Shown here: positions 12,101 through 26,000 of the stretch, piece after piece
Numbering within the stretch: the first letter of the stretch is position 1
Layout: every line of letters begins with the position of its first letter
DNA from: Yuukianura sp. NJ FZ-2021
Lineage: Eukaryota
Assembly (NCBI GenBank): GCA_046563655.1
Contig: CM102289.1
Location: forward strand, 7,936,001 to 8,000,000
Reading direction: 5' to 3'
DNA length: 64,000 nucleotides
Program-made: the position numbers and the translations under genes
The notes under the pieces: generated by a model
Told to the model about the DNA's origin: nothing
Seen by the model: only the letters and a program-made list of their open reading frames with translations
Database searches by the model: none

Positions 12101-15100
12101 TTGAAATAACTGTCAAAAACTTTTTTAAAAGTCGTACAACTCCCGCTTCAGCAACGATCCGTGAGCATAAAATTCCAATTTGCATTGAATTGCGTAACCT
12201 CCGCATAAGTTTGCTTTACGGGTTCGTTTGACTCCCTAACTTTTCGTTCACTTTTGGTCGTAAATATTTCCTCATAAAAAATTCGCATATTGCAAAAAGT
12301 TTACTTTTGGCGTTCTGAGTCATAAAATTGGCAAAGTAGGGTTCGGGTGATGCTTATGTTTGCTTTTTTTGAAACAAGCTGCCGGCAATATGTTATTCAT
12401 AGTGACTCCTATGCGTAATGTAAATATTGCGCAATATGTAAACTTTCAAATAAAGTGACAAAAAGTTTGAGTAGTTTCAAAAGAATGATCAAACATATCT
12501 TTTTATAAGCCTTCCAGAAAAAGCCCAACTACATAAATCATGAATTTTCAACGACAAGGGCACGCACGACGGCAAAACTTGAATTTCAAAGAACGTGAAT
12601 CTCAAAGACGCGTGCTTTTAGTTGCGGACATTTCAAGCACGTCGAACCATGAAAACGTTTTCGTTTTTTATAATAGTGCGGTTGTTAAAAAATTTTGGAA
12701 AGTTTATTCAGTGTATCGTAAGAATTATGTATGTAGAATTATCGGCTGTTCTTTTTTTGTGTATTTTTCCATTTGATATAAAATAAAATTGTGGAATCGT
12801 TTGTTTGCTGACGAATTTTTTTTGGACACTGAAAAGCGGCAAAATTTCAACAAATAAAAAGTTGAGCAACGCAGAAGTTTGACAAGCGTCTGCAGGAGCG
12901 TCACTTTTTATGAAAATTTGAACATGACATGAAAAACTTGCCCGCTCTCCCGCTTTCTCTTGTCCACTTTCTCCTACATCCTTGAATGTATTATTCAAAA
13001 ACCGGTTTTTCATATTTTAGTTTACATTTTTTGTTACCTTTGAGCTGGAGATCCACTTGCAACTGCTTGTACAACGTGTTCCAAAATCCCCTTGTCATCC
13101 AACTGACTCTGAATAGAAATTCCAAGGGACTCGTCCAAGGCCTTCCGAATATGGAACAAGTGAAATCGTCTTTTGGAGGACATGACTTGTGGTGGTGGGG
13201 TTGGTGGTGGCTCAAGGTGGCTCACTTGGCTTGAATCTTGCCCCGCCGCCAATAGTGACGGTGGTGACTCAGTCAGAAATGGAGATGGACTTGTGTCAGA
13301 CTTTGTACAGATTCTGAAAATCTCACGACTTTCGAGACATGGGATTCTATTTTTTCCCAAGACTGAGATGGGTCTGGCATAAATTGGTCTAGTACTCAAA
13401 TTACTATCAGTTTCAGTAGTTTCCTTTGGAGTCATCATGACACCAATGTTAGGGTGAGGGGACATAAAGTTAGTTTTTGGTGACACGATATCACTCTTGC
13501 GTCTTACTAGAGCCGTTTTGGACTTGTTCACTTGAAAACTAGTTTCAAAAGACAGGATTCGAGCTCCAACGCCATTTCCTGACCCCTCATCATCCCACTG
13601 TTCTGACTTCATTTTGACTTCATCTAACAAAACTTCAACACTTTTTGGTTTTTTCATATTCAAAGAACCAAGGCTCTGGTCGTCTAGATTTTTTAAACTG
13701 TCAGAGTCATATCCCGATTCATTAGATGAAATGTAACTGGATCCTGCCGTTTGCAGAGGGTTCAAGGGTAGGGGGCCCTTCGTCACCAGTTGATTCTGGA
13801 AAGAGGGTCTCTCCATCCTGTCAAGCATTTCACAACTGCTGCTAGCACTTTTGACTGTTCTGGGATTTCGACTAGATTCTACCCGGATTCGGGCATTACG
13901 GTCTCCCCCTCCTGCATTTCCCGGGAGATTTGAACTGATTTTCATACCTGAAGTATCACTAGCAGTTGTGGGGTAGCTGGCTCTCGAACTGGGACTGTTG
14001 CTTCGAGCTCTTTTGTTTCTTTTCACAACCAAAACTTGACTGTTCTCAGTAGCCTCGGAAGTACTTCTTGAGAAACTTGGAGGTAGATCCAGTCCGTCGC
14101 TACTTTGAGAACTGACGAGAGTCGTAATGGAACTGAGTCCTTTTGAGGGTAGTTGTTGTGATTGTGCTTCCTCAGGCAATACACAAAGTTTTGAACGGAT
14201 GAAGCCATGAGGAAAACCGAATTTTTTAGTCGATGGGGTGCAGGGAGTCGAAAAACCTTCGACGTCACTTCCTCCGCCGATGGTCGACACGAGGTTATCA
14301 AGGCTCTGGGCCTTCTTGGACGAAGGGGGCCCTTGGGGAGGGCCCTTATTGTTAGTATAGTTAGGATTAGTCATAGCATTATGCACTTGTTCCTGTCCCA
14401 CGCTAGTCTCAAAGGCTATAGTATGGGAATCATTTGTCATCGTGAGGCCATTAGTCATAGACTGACCACCGGGCCTCTTAGGAGAAACCGCAGAGTCCAA
14501 ATCTGTGGCTGGGTCATCTCCGGCCACGTAAGACGGCAGAGTTGACGTGGAACAGCTTCTAAAAAGTGGTGAACTCTTGACACCGTGGCGGTTGAAGTAC
14601 GGATGCTGCGACTGCGCAGAGTTTTGGTCACGCTTGGACACTCTAGCGGGACTTTTGGAACGACTGGAAGGTCGAAGCGTTCTGAACAAAATTTTTTCTT
14701 TGATTGACTCTACTCGATTGACTGCAGAAGACAAGCTTTGACCGTGGTGACCCACCGTGGGTTTCATCGTGGCACTTTTCCGGACACAGTGACCTTTGAA
14801 GTTAAGGTAAAACTCGTCTTGGGAAATGCTTGACATGCGCTGTGGAGTTCCTAATGTACAGGAACCAACAGGAGTTCTACTGCGACTGCGACATTTGTCT
14901 CCAAGGTTCTCCTCAGAAGCAAATGGTTTTCTATAGATTTGTGAATTTTTGACCTTTTGACCCTGAAAATGACCTTGAAACGAGTCGCGGTCACGCGTGG
15001 CTGCTCCTGAAGATGGTTTTTGCCTAAGGTCATCATCTGGCGTGACGAAGCCTTGTTTCGGTGGTTCTTCTGAGTAACTGCGATAATCATCTGTACTTTT

Positions 15101-18100
15101 GCTGGTTGTTAAGGAAAAACGCCATTGACGTTGCAAAGTTTTCGAATTTGAAGATTTTGAACTGACGGGAGACGGAATTTCGGAAAAATCCGAACTACAA
15201 CGAATGTCACTTCCATGCTTGAAATGGTTCCAAGTTTTGCCCATTTTCTTGCTCCAAGTTGCAAAACCTATAAAAAAGTAAAAAAAAAAACTAAAATAAC
15301 AAATTCCGCGTCAAAAAGTTTAAAAAGATTTTAATTACGAAATTTTTGTGGTCCAAATTTTTTAAACAGCAGTGCAAGTCCGAAACTGGAAAATGTTCAG
15401 CCCAAGCTTTTCTTTTCGTCAATTTTTTTTTGTAACTGGCATTTTTTTCCCAAATTTTTTTTTCTGCTTGGCGTGTCTAATTACTATTCCAAAAGGGTAA
15501 AAAATGAAAACGGAAAAAGGCTCAGCTTATTAATTTTTTGTTCTAAAAACTTTTTTGTCTCGTACAGCTTCCATTTTTGAATTTTTGAACAGCCGCTTTT
15601 TTAAAATTGCAACGAAGAGTGGAATTTCTTATTCAGCAAGACAACAACAACATAGGCTTAAGCATTAGCCCTCCTCCTGTGCCTGAATCCGCAAACAAGA
15701 TTAAGTTGTCTCATTTGCAATTTTCCTTGTCAGTGACTCCTTCACTTTGGCGTTTCATTTAAAGTCAAGGGCTCTTCTGGGAACATTCGTTACTTCACTG
15801 CTCCGAGCGAACATTCTGCGCCGACATCTTATCTCTGTGCAAAAAGTTGAAGAAAGTTCTATCTTTAGATCTTCTTGTTCCCATATGTCATGACGAAAAT
15901 TCCTAAGGACTTAGGCATAACATTAGTTCCACTTTGTCGTCACGAACAAAAATTCCCGCTAAAGGAAACCTTAAACCTAACACTTTTAGGTTCAAACAAA
16001 AACCCGGGAAGATTTGTGTTCAAAAGATTCTTCAATTTCAAACAACGAGACAGCTTAAGATCAGTTCAAATGATACTTTGAACAAAGGAATGAAAATAAC
16101 AATGGAAGGAAGATTCGAACCCATGACACATCTATCATTAGATTCAATCATCCATGATCTCCCAAACAGAACAATAAACAGATATGGGAAAATGGTCACC
16201 GTTTTTTTGTTCGTATTGTTAAAAAGTTTGTTTGATAATTTTGAAATTTTGAATTTGAAAAAAATGGAACCTAAAGAAAGTCATGGTTCGAATCTTAAGG
16301 GCGCGGCGGCTCTTTTTGTCTGAAAAGCGTGACGATAAGTCTAGCACGGCTTTTTCCCAAGGAATCGACCGCAGACTAAACAACAAAAAAATTCCATGAT
16401 TTTGCTTTCTAAAAAAAATGCAAAAATTTTTTTTTTGAAAACAAAATTATGGATCGGTGCTGTTTTTTTCTTTCAAATTCAGGCGGTAGCGCTCATCGCT
16501 GATATTGATCAGGACTAGAAAAGACGAGCTCAATAACAAGGAGTATTTAGGAAACAATGGAGCGCGTGCCGTATGAATTTCGGCCTGACTAGTTTGAATA
16601 CCGTGCCATATAATTTGAATTTCCCTCCAAAGATCAGAATCAGTTAGGACTCATCTGCGCACGATCATGCTTAAACATGCAAACGTCGTTTGCCAAATCA
16701 ACCGACAAGAACAATGGAATAATGCTAAAAAACGGAAACAGTTTTGAATTTTTTACTTTTTAAAAAAAAATTTGGTGGGGAATTTTCTGGTATGAACTGA
16801 TGATTTGAACAGATCAAGTTTTTTTTTGCTAAAAAATGCTATGTTGATTACTATTGCCGTCAAAACTGTCATGAAATTAAAGTTTTATGGTGCACGGGTT
16901 GTAAAACGTGTTTCAAAAATTCAAAATTGCAGTTTTTCAAAAAGAAATAAAATGCATGCGATTTCCAAAAATTTCCCATTTTGTTCTTGTTGCTAACCGG
17001 GTTCCTTTGAAGACTATGCGTCACACCAACAATTTTTAGAACTTTGTTTTTTTAACTTTGAGGTATCTTGAAATACGTGAATAGATATCCGTTGTTTTTC
17101 AAAAGTGAGTCATTTCCGTTTATTGGCTCCAAAAATAAAACAGGATGAATTTATGATTCAAAATATTTTGGTTGTTCAAGGAAGTGGCAAGTTGCGTACA
17201 CAAAACAATGACGACAAACTGTGGTGAGTGGTGAATAATACAACTCTGGATGTTGTGAGCTTAAAAGCTGAACTAAATTTTTGAAAAAAGGAAAGGAAAA
17301 AAAATTAGAAAACTTTTAGTTGATGGAATTGATGGAATGGTAAGAATTGTATTCCGTTGTTATCAGAAAATCCAAAAATAATAAAAACTTTCCCGAATTC
17401 TTTTCTTTTGTTTTGTCCGCTTTTTCTGCGTAACTTTCTCCCCCAATTTTCATTTTAGCTTTGGCTCAGAATTTATGGTGTGCCACCAAAGCCAAAAGTT
17501 CCTACGCCCATATCCCTCGTTATGAAGCAGAACTTTATCTACTACGAAATGACAAAAGACCGAAACCAAATTAAAACGCTCAAGAAAGTTTTTCATTCCT
17601 TTAATATGAAAAGAAATTCATCTCTTTTTACTTTCAAAACAAACCATTAAAATTTTCCAAATTTATTAACCTTCATTTTCTAATGATCGGATGCAAAAGT
17701 TTCAAATTTAATAGCTTTCCTGAACTTTCTCTTCCAATTTTTATTTTAATAGATTTCACATTGGCATATAACTGTTTTAAATAATAAAAAAAAAGCGCGT
17801 TAAAACTCATAATTTTTGTTTTCTTACAACGGCAAAAAACTTGTTACGAAAAATTCAAAAGTTTTCAAAATTCCATATTTCAAAACAATAGTTTTTGACG
17901 AAAATTATTTGAAAAGTGTTGCAATTAACTGTTTTGTGAATACCAGGAAAAGTTATTTTTCAATAGCAAGGAAATGAACGAGGCCTTGAACGTTTTAATT
18001 AAAAGTTTTACCGCCAAAACTTTTTGGTTTTCAATTAAATGTTTCTGAAAAAGGCCGTTTAAATTGCAACTTTGAACTTTCGTGCTGCCTTTAATGTGTG

Positions 18101-19111
18101 GAGGGTAAAGATCAAGGTCTGAAAAGTTTGAGTTTCAGTTCCATTCAATTAAAAACGTCAATGAAATTGATACGGTCTTGGATGATGCATGATGCATGCA
18201 ACTTTTTCAATTCCGTGTTTCCTATTGTGGATTGACGAGGGATTTGGAGCGTCAAATTAAATTGTTTCCAAAATTGCAAGTTCATCATATTTTCATTGTT
18301 CCAGGAAGATCAAAACAAAAACTCTCAGAACAAAACTTTTCAAAAGGAACATTTTTTAAACAAAAGCTGTCGATTATGACCTAGAAAAAACATGAGATTT
18401 ATGATTTGGATTTAAAAAAATTTAAGCTGATCAAAAAGTTTTAAATTCTAATTAACGTGGGATTAAATTTTAAATTAAAATTTAAAAGTATTGTCAAGGG
18501 TGAGATTATTCACACCTCTCGGAATAAATCTCATGAGCTCAAAATTTTCATTATGAAAAAGTTCTATTGAAATGTTAAAATCTCTGGGAGCTTAAAATTT
18601 CAATGAAAATGCTACTCTCACCCAATTCAAACCGAATCATCATCATCAACAAAACATTAAACTTTGTCCAAAAGTTATAAATTATAAAATATATAAAGTT
18701 TATAGTTAAATCTACATTAGGATTTGAGGAGTTATTAGAGGCGTGTATGATTTATGAACCCTAAAGTTGAATTATGGTACTCATTTGAAGCCTTATAAAG
18801 TAAAAAGTTATTGAGTTACCTTTGCGAATGGGCGTTTTGGGACTTGAGCTCGATGCACCTTCACTTTGTCGATTGTTAGCTTTTAAGTTGAGATTGAGTT
18901 TGTTTGGTCTGATGACGGCAGGATTAGCGGCTGGCGGGAAATTTGAATTGGCGGAAGTATTTGAAACTGCGGGGTCAACGACCTCTGATGCTGTCTGACC
19001 AGCACCCAGCACACAACCAGCATCTTCCAACTGTCCACTGTCAATGGGTGACAACTTGACGAGGCACGGCGTAGTCGGGACACGATCTGACTTGCGTCGA
19101 AACAGTCGCAT
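9178..19111 (-). CDS. Two-PDZ-domain scaffold protein A (arc / PDZD2 / pro-IL-16-like), ~1306 aa
   Basis: Exons 19111-18820, 15267-13038, 11843-10657, 9466-9331 and 9253-9178; intron phases 1,2,1,2 all join in frame (3921 nt). PDZ1 is FHLFHIRK...LGISI...[27 protein letters not shown]2 is [55 protein letters not shown]...[11 protein letters not shown]. The linkers are long, Ser-rich and likely disordered. Confidence 0.9.
10090..10218. mobile_element. Tc1/mariner(pogo)-type MITE in intron 3 of PDZ gene A
   Basis: TA|CCGTAAAAATTC...GAACTTTTACGG|TA: imperfect ~24-bp TIRs with a TA duplication. Confidence 0.65.
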
Positions 19112-19891
19112 CTTTTCAGTAGTCTTCACTTAGCAAGAACAAGATGACTGCGAAACAACAATTACCAAACAAGTTGTAAACATTTTGTAATACTAACAAA
19201 GTTTTTTGACTGTTGAGCATGACTGTTTAAAAGTAACACGACAAGGCGACAAGAACAACAAGCCAGTTGTCAATGACCACACAGTTCCTTGACTTAAATT
19301 TGAACGATAAGTGGCGGATATCCTTCAAGTACACTCTTTAATGTGGACTTTGGGATAAGAACAACTTGACTCATCCTGTGTCCAAACTTGGACTGACAAC
19401 AACGATAGGAACAATGATGAGACTGAATAACGTTAACTTCTATTTTGGATGCCCAACAGAGTTGCTCTCCCTCTGAGGGTAGTTTTGTTCTTTTGCTTCT
19501 CATCAAATGTAGATTTTGAGGGTTGATATTTTAAAAAAGAATTTTTTAGTATTGGGCCAATGACTTCCAAAGTCAGGGGGTGTAAAAGTGTTCTCATGTA
19601 ATTACATCATTCCAATTTTTTTGTAGGGCAAGGTGTGCATCATGTCGTGTCATTGTCCCCCTCTGCTCCCTTGACAATGGACCAGACGGAACCCTTCGCA
19701 CTTAAGTGCTCCATAAAAATCCAATCAATTCATAAAATTACTCCCCGCGGCTTTTGTGTAAACAATTCTTCAAAACCTCAGCATGAGGAATTTAATTGAC
19801 AAAATTTATTTATAGCTCATTATAAATTACTACGTTTGTTTTCAATTTTTGATGCATCTATTATGTACAGTATAAGCCAAAAAATTGAAAG

Positions 19892-20032
19892 TGACCTTTG
19901 ACCTGCAAAAATGAAAAGTGACCTCTGACATGTAGAAGTGCATCTTGTTTTGACGTGCACGTACTACAGAAAATGTAAACAAGGCTACGGTATTGCTTGG
20001 ACTAAAAAACGTGACTTGATGACCTCTGACCT
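19892..20032. promoter_or_regulatory. Cluster of DR1 nuclear-receptor sites upstream of PDZ gene A
   Basis: TGACCT-T-TGACCT (19892), TGACCT-C-TGACAT (19919) and TGACCT-C-TGACCT (20020), about 0.8-0.9 kb 5' of the ATG. Confidence 0.45.
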
Positions 20033-23000
20033 TTGATGTAATTTGTATGCATTAGATAAACTGTGTTAAAGAGCATGATTTTGTTCTGCTATGCATTGCA
20101 TAAGGTGTGAAAAGTGGTTAAGTTAAGTGATGCTCACACGATGGATGATCATGAAGATTTCAAATCACGTGCGCGTGCCTTTCAGCGCCTCAGAGTCTGT
20201 ACAGATAATGTCCATTTTTGTGCTTTGCGCAACAAAGTTGAATAGAAGATTCATTGACCTCAATTGAGCAGGAATCAATTACATTCACAAAGTGAAATGA
20301 TAGTTGACATTACTAAACTTTTTGAAAGCATTCAATTATAAGTTTGAAGCGTCCTTCTATCATAAAACGTTACACCTTGAGAATTTCTAAGTTAGTCTAA
20401 CCTAACGGAAAAAATTTGATGAATGAGCAAAGACACTTTGTGTTTTCCTTGAAATGGAGATGAGAATGTGATGCCATACCTGTTTTTATATACTATTTTT
20501 ATTACTTTGTTGTACTATTTATTATTGTCAGTTAAACATTTCGACAATAAGCAGGAAGTGCTGAGCAGACAAGATCATAAGATCAAGATGGCAAAATACT
20601 TTTATAGACTGCTCAGACAGAGATAAACGATTGAAATTGATGCGCGAGATGTCGAATTCTGATAAAAATTTTACACAAAAAATGTTTTGGGTTTTTTATT
20701 TTCATTTTTTAAGCCGGAAATATCCAAAGGTAGATTATAAATTTCCGTAGATTTCTACAAGCAGATAGAAGTTCCAAAAGTTAACGGCCTTTTGCAAAAT
20801 AACTAGCCCTTCAACTGTCACTTTTTTGTCTGTTTCAAATCTATTCAAAATCTACTTTTTTGGAAAATTTTAATTTAAAATTTTTGTCTGCCTCGAAATT
20901 TGAAGTGTCAAATTTCCTTTTTGGTAAAGCTGCTCCAATTAGAAAATCAACCAAAAGTTTACACCTACTCATCATCTCTTGTTGTGTGTTGCATAATTTG
21001 AAGTGCTAAAAAGTCCACTTCACTTTCAATGTTCAATTTACACGTACAGCAAAAATACAAGTTTGGAAAGTAAAAAAGATGAGATCTTATTCAAGATTAC
21101 AAAAAGTGAGCATTTCCAGTCCGGTTTTTAAATTTCAAAATTTAAAAAACTCGTTTTTAAAACACTTTCTGCACCACAAACAGGTCCAGTTACAGTTATC
21201 TCAAAAAGGAAACGGAAGCAAAGTGATAGATCTACTTTTCAAACAGACTGCGCACACATGTTGCGCAAAAGTCCAAAACAAAAACTAAAGTCCAGAATAA
21301 GTAATTTGGTTACCATTATAAACAAATTGTGAGATCAAAAGTTGTTCATCTTTAGCCGTTGAAGATGCTAGAAGAAGATACAAGTATGGTCATAGGGTGA
21401 TTATGTTAGGTTAGACTAACATATTTCTACCTTGGCTATTAAAAGTAACAGCGAAGTTTTTGGCTAATGACTGAGCATCACATTACAAAGTATGGAGATG
21501 GTTTAGTTTAAAAGAGTAGTTTATGGTCTAAATGGCTATTAGCCACAACGATGTTCACTGATGCCAAGTGACCTAAGCCATTCAGATCGTGTTTCAGCAC
21601 GGAGGGAGTAACTATGAGCAGGATCAAATTTACTAATAACCACTTCTTGGTTGGGTAATGAACTTTAGGCAGAGAATTGTTAGTCGTTCATGGTCTGAAT
21701 AGTTAGCACAAAAGCTTTTTTTTGGCTTTTGTCTAAACTAGCATGTAATTTAAGGGCTCTAATGTTACCGTGCAGAGGCGAAGCACAGGAAAATTTAGGA
21801 GAAGAAATTAGTTTAAAATTGGGTCAATTTGTCACCGTGCCAAAACCAACTAAATTTTAAAACCAGCGCAGTAACGCCGTTCCGAATCGACATTTCTGCT
21901 TCAGAGTGTCTTTGGAGCCAAAACTTTGAGAAAAATTTGAAGCTGAAATTGACAAAAGTGTTTGAAACGGTGTAGAATTTTGTACAGTTCGGATGTATAA
22001 GCTTCTAAATTGAAAATTTCAGAAAAAGCTTGAGAAAATTTTAGAACTTCAATTTAGAAACGTCTGGTACTCTTTTGTTATGATGAAGACGCGGAAAGTT
22101 TATTTATACCAGAAAAGGACGGATCTGTGTTCAAATTTTCCCACGGGAAAAGGGAGACCTTTTTTTCAAAATTTGGAGCCTTTTGGCTTTTTTTCTACAC
22201 AAACCGAAAACTGCTCTTCCAGATTTCAGCCCAATTATTTCTGAGAGTTTCAATTCAAAACAAACGTAAAAACCATAACCAAAACTAAAACTTTGCTTAT
22301 TAGAGGCGGCTTGACTTTTGAAATTTGAAACGCCAAAAAAAGTGATTTAAAAAACGTTTTTAAAAAGAGTGCTTAAACGGAGTAATTTTCAATAAACTTT
22401 TGAACTGTTCGCGAGGCACATTAAGGAAACTTTTAGCATTGGTTTATTATCTTAAAATTAAAAACAATAAATCAGCAGGTTTCTACAACTTACAAGTGAA
22501 TCGGCAAAACTTGAATTGAAATTTGTAATTTTACAATTGTAGAACGCGTAAGTACTGGAAGTAACAGATCCCTTAAGACATTTAAGGGAGGACTTAAGGG
22601 CCTATATTTTAAATTTCAAAAACTACACAGGAGGGTAAGACGTAATTCTTTTTCAAGGTTCTCCCCTGCTGTAATGAAGTATAATTTTCTTCATTTTTTT
22701 TCAGAGTTAGGTGTACCCTTAAACCTTAAGATCCAGAAACCAGAGCCCTTAGCAGGTTCACTTCCAGGAGGTTTCAATGTACCCTTGAAACAGCCTGAGG
22801 CTAAACCAGAGATTTTTAATTTAAAAACATAATCATCCCCCGGGGTTCATCCCCCATTACAGTAATTTCTGTTTCAGAATTGTTATTTTTCTTTCTTTAA
22901 AAAAAAACAATCCCTTCAAAGTTTCTACACACGAAGATATTTTTTAAAACAAAGCCGCTTTTTTCATCTTCCCTTGTTTTTTCAAAATGCTTTCTAATTT

Positions 23001-26000
23001 GAAACTAATGAATAATTCCAGTAGCATTTGAACATCATTCATCACGCAGAGCTTTCTCTTCCTAAGATGTCAAAAACTGTTGATCTTTGTAAAATTACTG
23101 GACCGTATTTTCTTGCACACTTCAGCAGAACTGTAAAGAATGACTTGACATCTTTCAAACACGTTTGCATTTTGTTTTGCAAAATTAGATCTTTGTTAAT
23201 TTTAAAATTCCCGCCTTTTCCTAATCTTTCATCTTCCCAGACAAGGTCTTGTCATGTGTCAACTGTCGCGTAAGTCATTTGACGCCCTTAACCTCCCAGA
23301 CTCTCCCCTCTTCTTACAATATCTCCGAAATCTTTATAAACTTTTTTCAAAAAATCCTGTTTTGTTTATGGTAATTCACTTTTTTAAACAAAGTACAACT
23401 CCTTTTCTTTGTTTTCAAACAACAATCTCTTTCAAATGTCAAATTCTAAACAACCAAGCGTTTATTGCCTAACAATGCCTCGAAAAATCTGTCCCCTTTG
23501 TGTTCAAATCAACGTTTTTTCACCTCCTTTTGGAAAAAACAAATCTAAATTGCAAACTAGAATGCTGTACAAAGAGCATGAGAATTTAAAATTTGAAAAA
23601 ACGCGGGAAATTAACGTTTTAAAACAGTTGGCCCCACTCTGTGTTCAGTAGGCCACAACGGGTGCTCTTTGTCATTGTTCTATGAACCAGTTTCCGTAAA
23701 GTGTTTTTAGAGTAGTGATAATACAGAGCCAAAAAAAAAAAGAAGTTAGGCTAATATTACGTATGTACCCATACGGGTTTTTAATGCTTTTTTAAAAAGT
23801 GGAGGGAATGATTTAGTACGGAGGCTGGAAAGACATTATCAAAATACAATATGGAGACAGACTTCCGCCCCACGCCTCTTCCATTTTTTTTAAACTAAAG
23901 AAGAAGCAGCAGGGAGATTCAATTCTTAATCGGAAAATAATGGCAAAAAAGCTCCAGAGGAAAACTGGAAAGTTACCAGCAGCGAAAAGCAGCAGCAGTT
24001 TACGTGAACGGAAACTTTTTTGTTCAAACTGTCAAGCCAAAAAAAGTCGAACTTAAAAAACATCAGAATGAATGATTTGTGATTTCAAATTTCCTTTTGC
24101 GTACATAGCGCTACATTTTGAAGTTTTTTGAAAACATAAAAAAGTATAGTTGTGCACATGTCTAAACTAAAGCTGGATTAGAATAGTAGTTCTATTCGAA
24201 AATTTTGAACAAAAAAATTTTTTGAAGTCATAAGTTGTGTACTCAATGGTGTAAACAAACATATACAAGGCAGTTTGTCAGAAAGTTCAAATTCGAAAAA
24301 AAAACTGCCATTTAAAAAATTCTAAAATTGTACAAAAAATTTGTGTCAAAAAGATGAAAATAGTTCGCTTCTTTCTCCAAGCTGACATAGTTCAAAGAAG
24401 CATAAATTTTTAATTGATCTTTAATTACAAATTATTTGAAACACGCATCAAGCGTTTTAGTTTAATGACGCGTTCATTTTTTTGATACGCTCAAACAAAT
24501 AAGCACCTTTATGCCAGCTAATGAAGGTTTTTACCCTAATTACTTTTTTTTTCAAAAGCGATTATATACCCCAAAAAATGTCCATTTCATTTTTTTCTCT
24601 TTTCGTACTAACTAAGGTAGTTTACCTTTGATGTTGAATTTGGCACACAGCGAAAATGTACTTTTGGCGTGCAAAAATACCATCATTGAATTAGCCTCAC
24701 TCAATTAATTTGGATCAAATTTCAAATTTACTTGAGTGATGAAGATCATAAATTACCTCGCTTTCCAAGTAACACATATTAATAGTAGCTTACCAAAAAT
24801 AGTAGACTTGTACATGCAATGGTAACTGACGTGAGAATTTAGGCCACCAAAATTCAAAAGTAGCTCAGTAGTGTTTCAATTCACGCGCCAAAAATAACGT
24901 ATGACTGAACAATAATTTGTTATAAACAATCCATCTTCACTGACAATGGCTAACTGCGTGTCTCAAAACAATTGACGGCAATTAAACACCAAAAATGGCA
25001 ATGTGTGTTGCCAAATGTTCGCACTTTTGATTGTTTTCTTTTTATATTGTTGATACAGACGTTTTCTTACAATGTACAAAAGAACTATATCCGTTGTACA
25101 CACAAATTAATTTTGTGTTACTAAAATGTATCCCGGGAGGCTACTTTGTAAAGCCGTAGGATTAGGATCCGAAGTTACTTTAGAAATTAGGATTAGACGG
25201 CCCAGGGGAACTTAGCTTATGCTTTTGATCCAAGGAAATTTCTACTTTCAGTGAAAACGTAAGTAGCTTATGATCGCAGATGCAATTATTAATTCAGGAG
25301 TTATGTAATCCCCAAGACATTTACGGTTTTACTTTATCTTATTTTTCTTGCAGAACTTGTTAGGAACGTTACGTTGCGTGTAGTTTACTGACAATTTATG
25401 TCAGATCGTCCATAAACTGTCATGAAACAAAAACTTCGGAGTAAGGGGAATATGATACTGTCAAAATTCCATTTGTGATTACCTTTTTCGGAGGCATCCG
25501 CTCATTCATTTCATTCATTTAAATTTTTGAATTTTGGCGCTTCAAAAAATTTTTTAGTGCCACATGTCGGTATGAAATCGATCATCTTAGTTTCACAACC
25601 GTCGCAGTTCAAGGGCAATTTATTTTGAAACCAATTTTAAACTTTTTTGCGTAAGCATAAGAATTTTATGGCGTTATTTCAAAACGGATGCAACAAAGTA
25701 GCGAAAACGTGAAAATTTTAACATGGTGAACACCATTTTCTTAAGATTTCTGTGAGTTTTACAAATTTTTCCACAAAAATTTTTTGAAAAACTTTCCAAA
25801 GTTATATTTTTCGGCACTATGACGTACAACAAGTTCGTCCAGAGTATGATATACGAGAAGCGCTTTGTTTTAGCAGTTGGTGGACAGACGGACAGAGTGA
25901 CATTGTCAAATGACTTTTAGCCTTGGTGAAGATGAATCGGAACCGAAAAATATGGATGGCGTGTGTGAAGATTGTTCATTTTTTTCAACCGACAAAAAGA

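Noticed and set aside
10750..15090. Overlapping antisense and alternate-frame ORFs within PDZ gene A exons
   Set aside because: Shadows of long coding exons; no recognisable domains.
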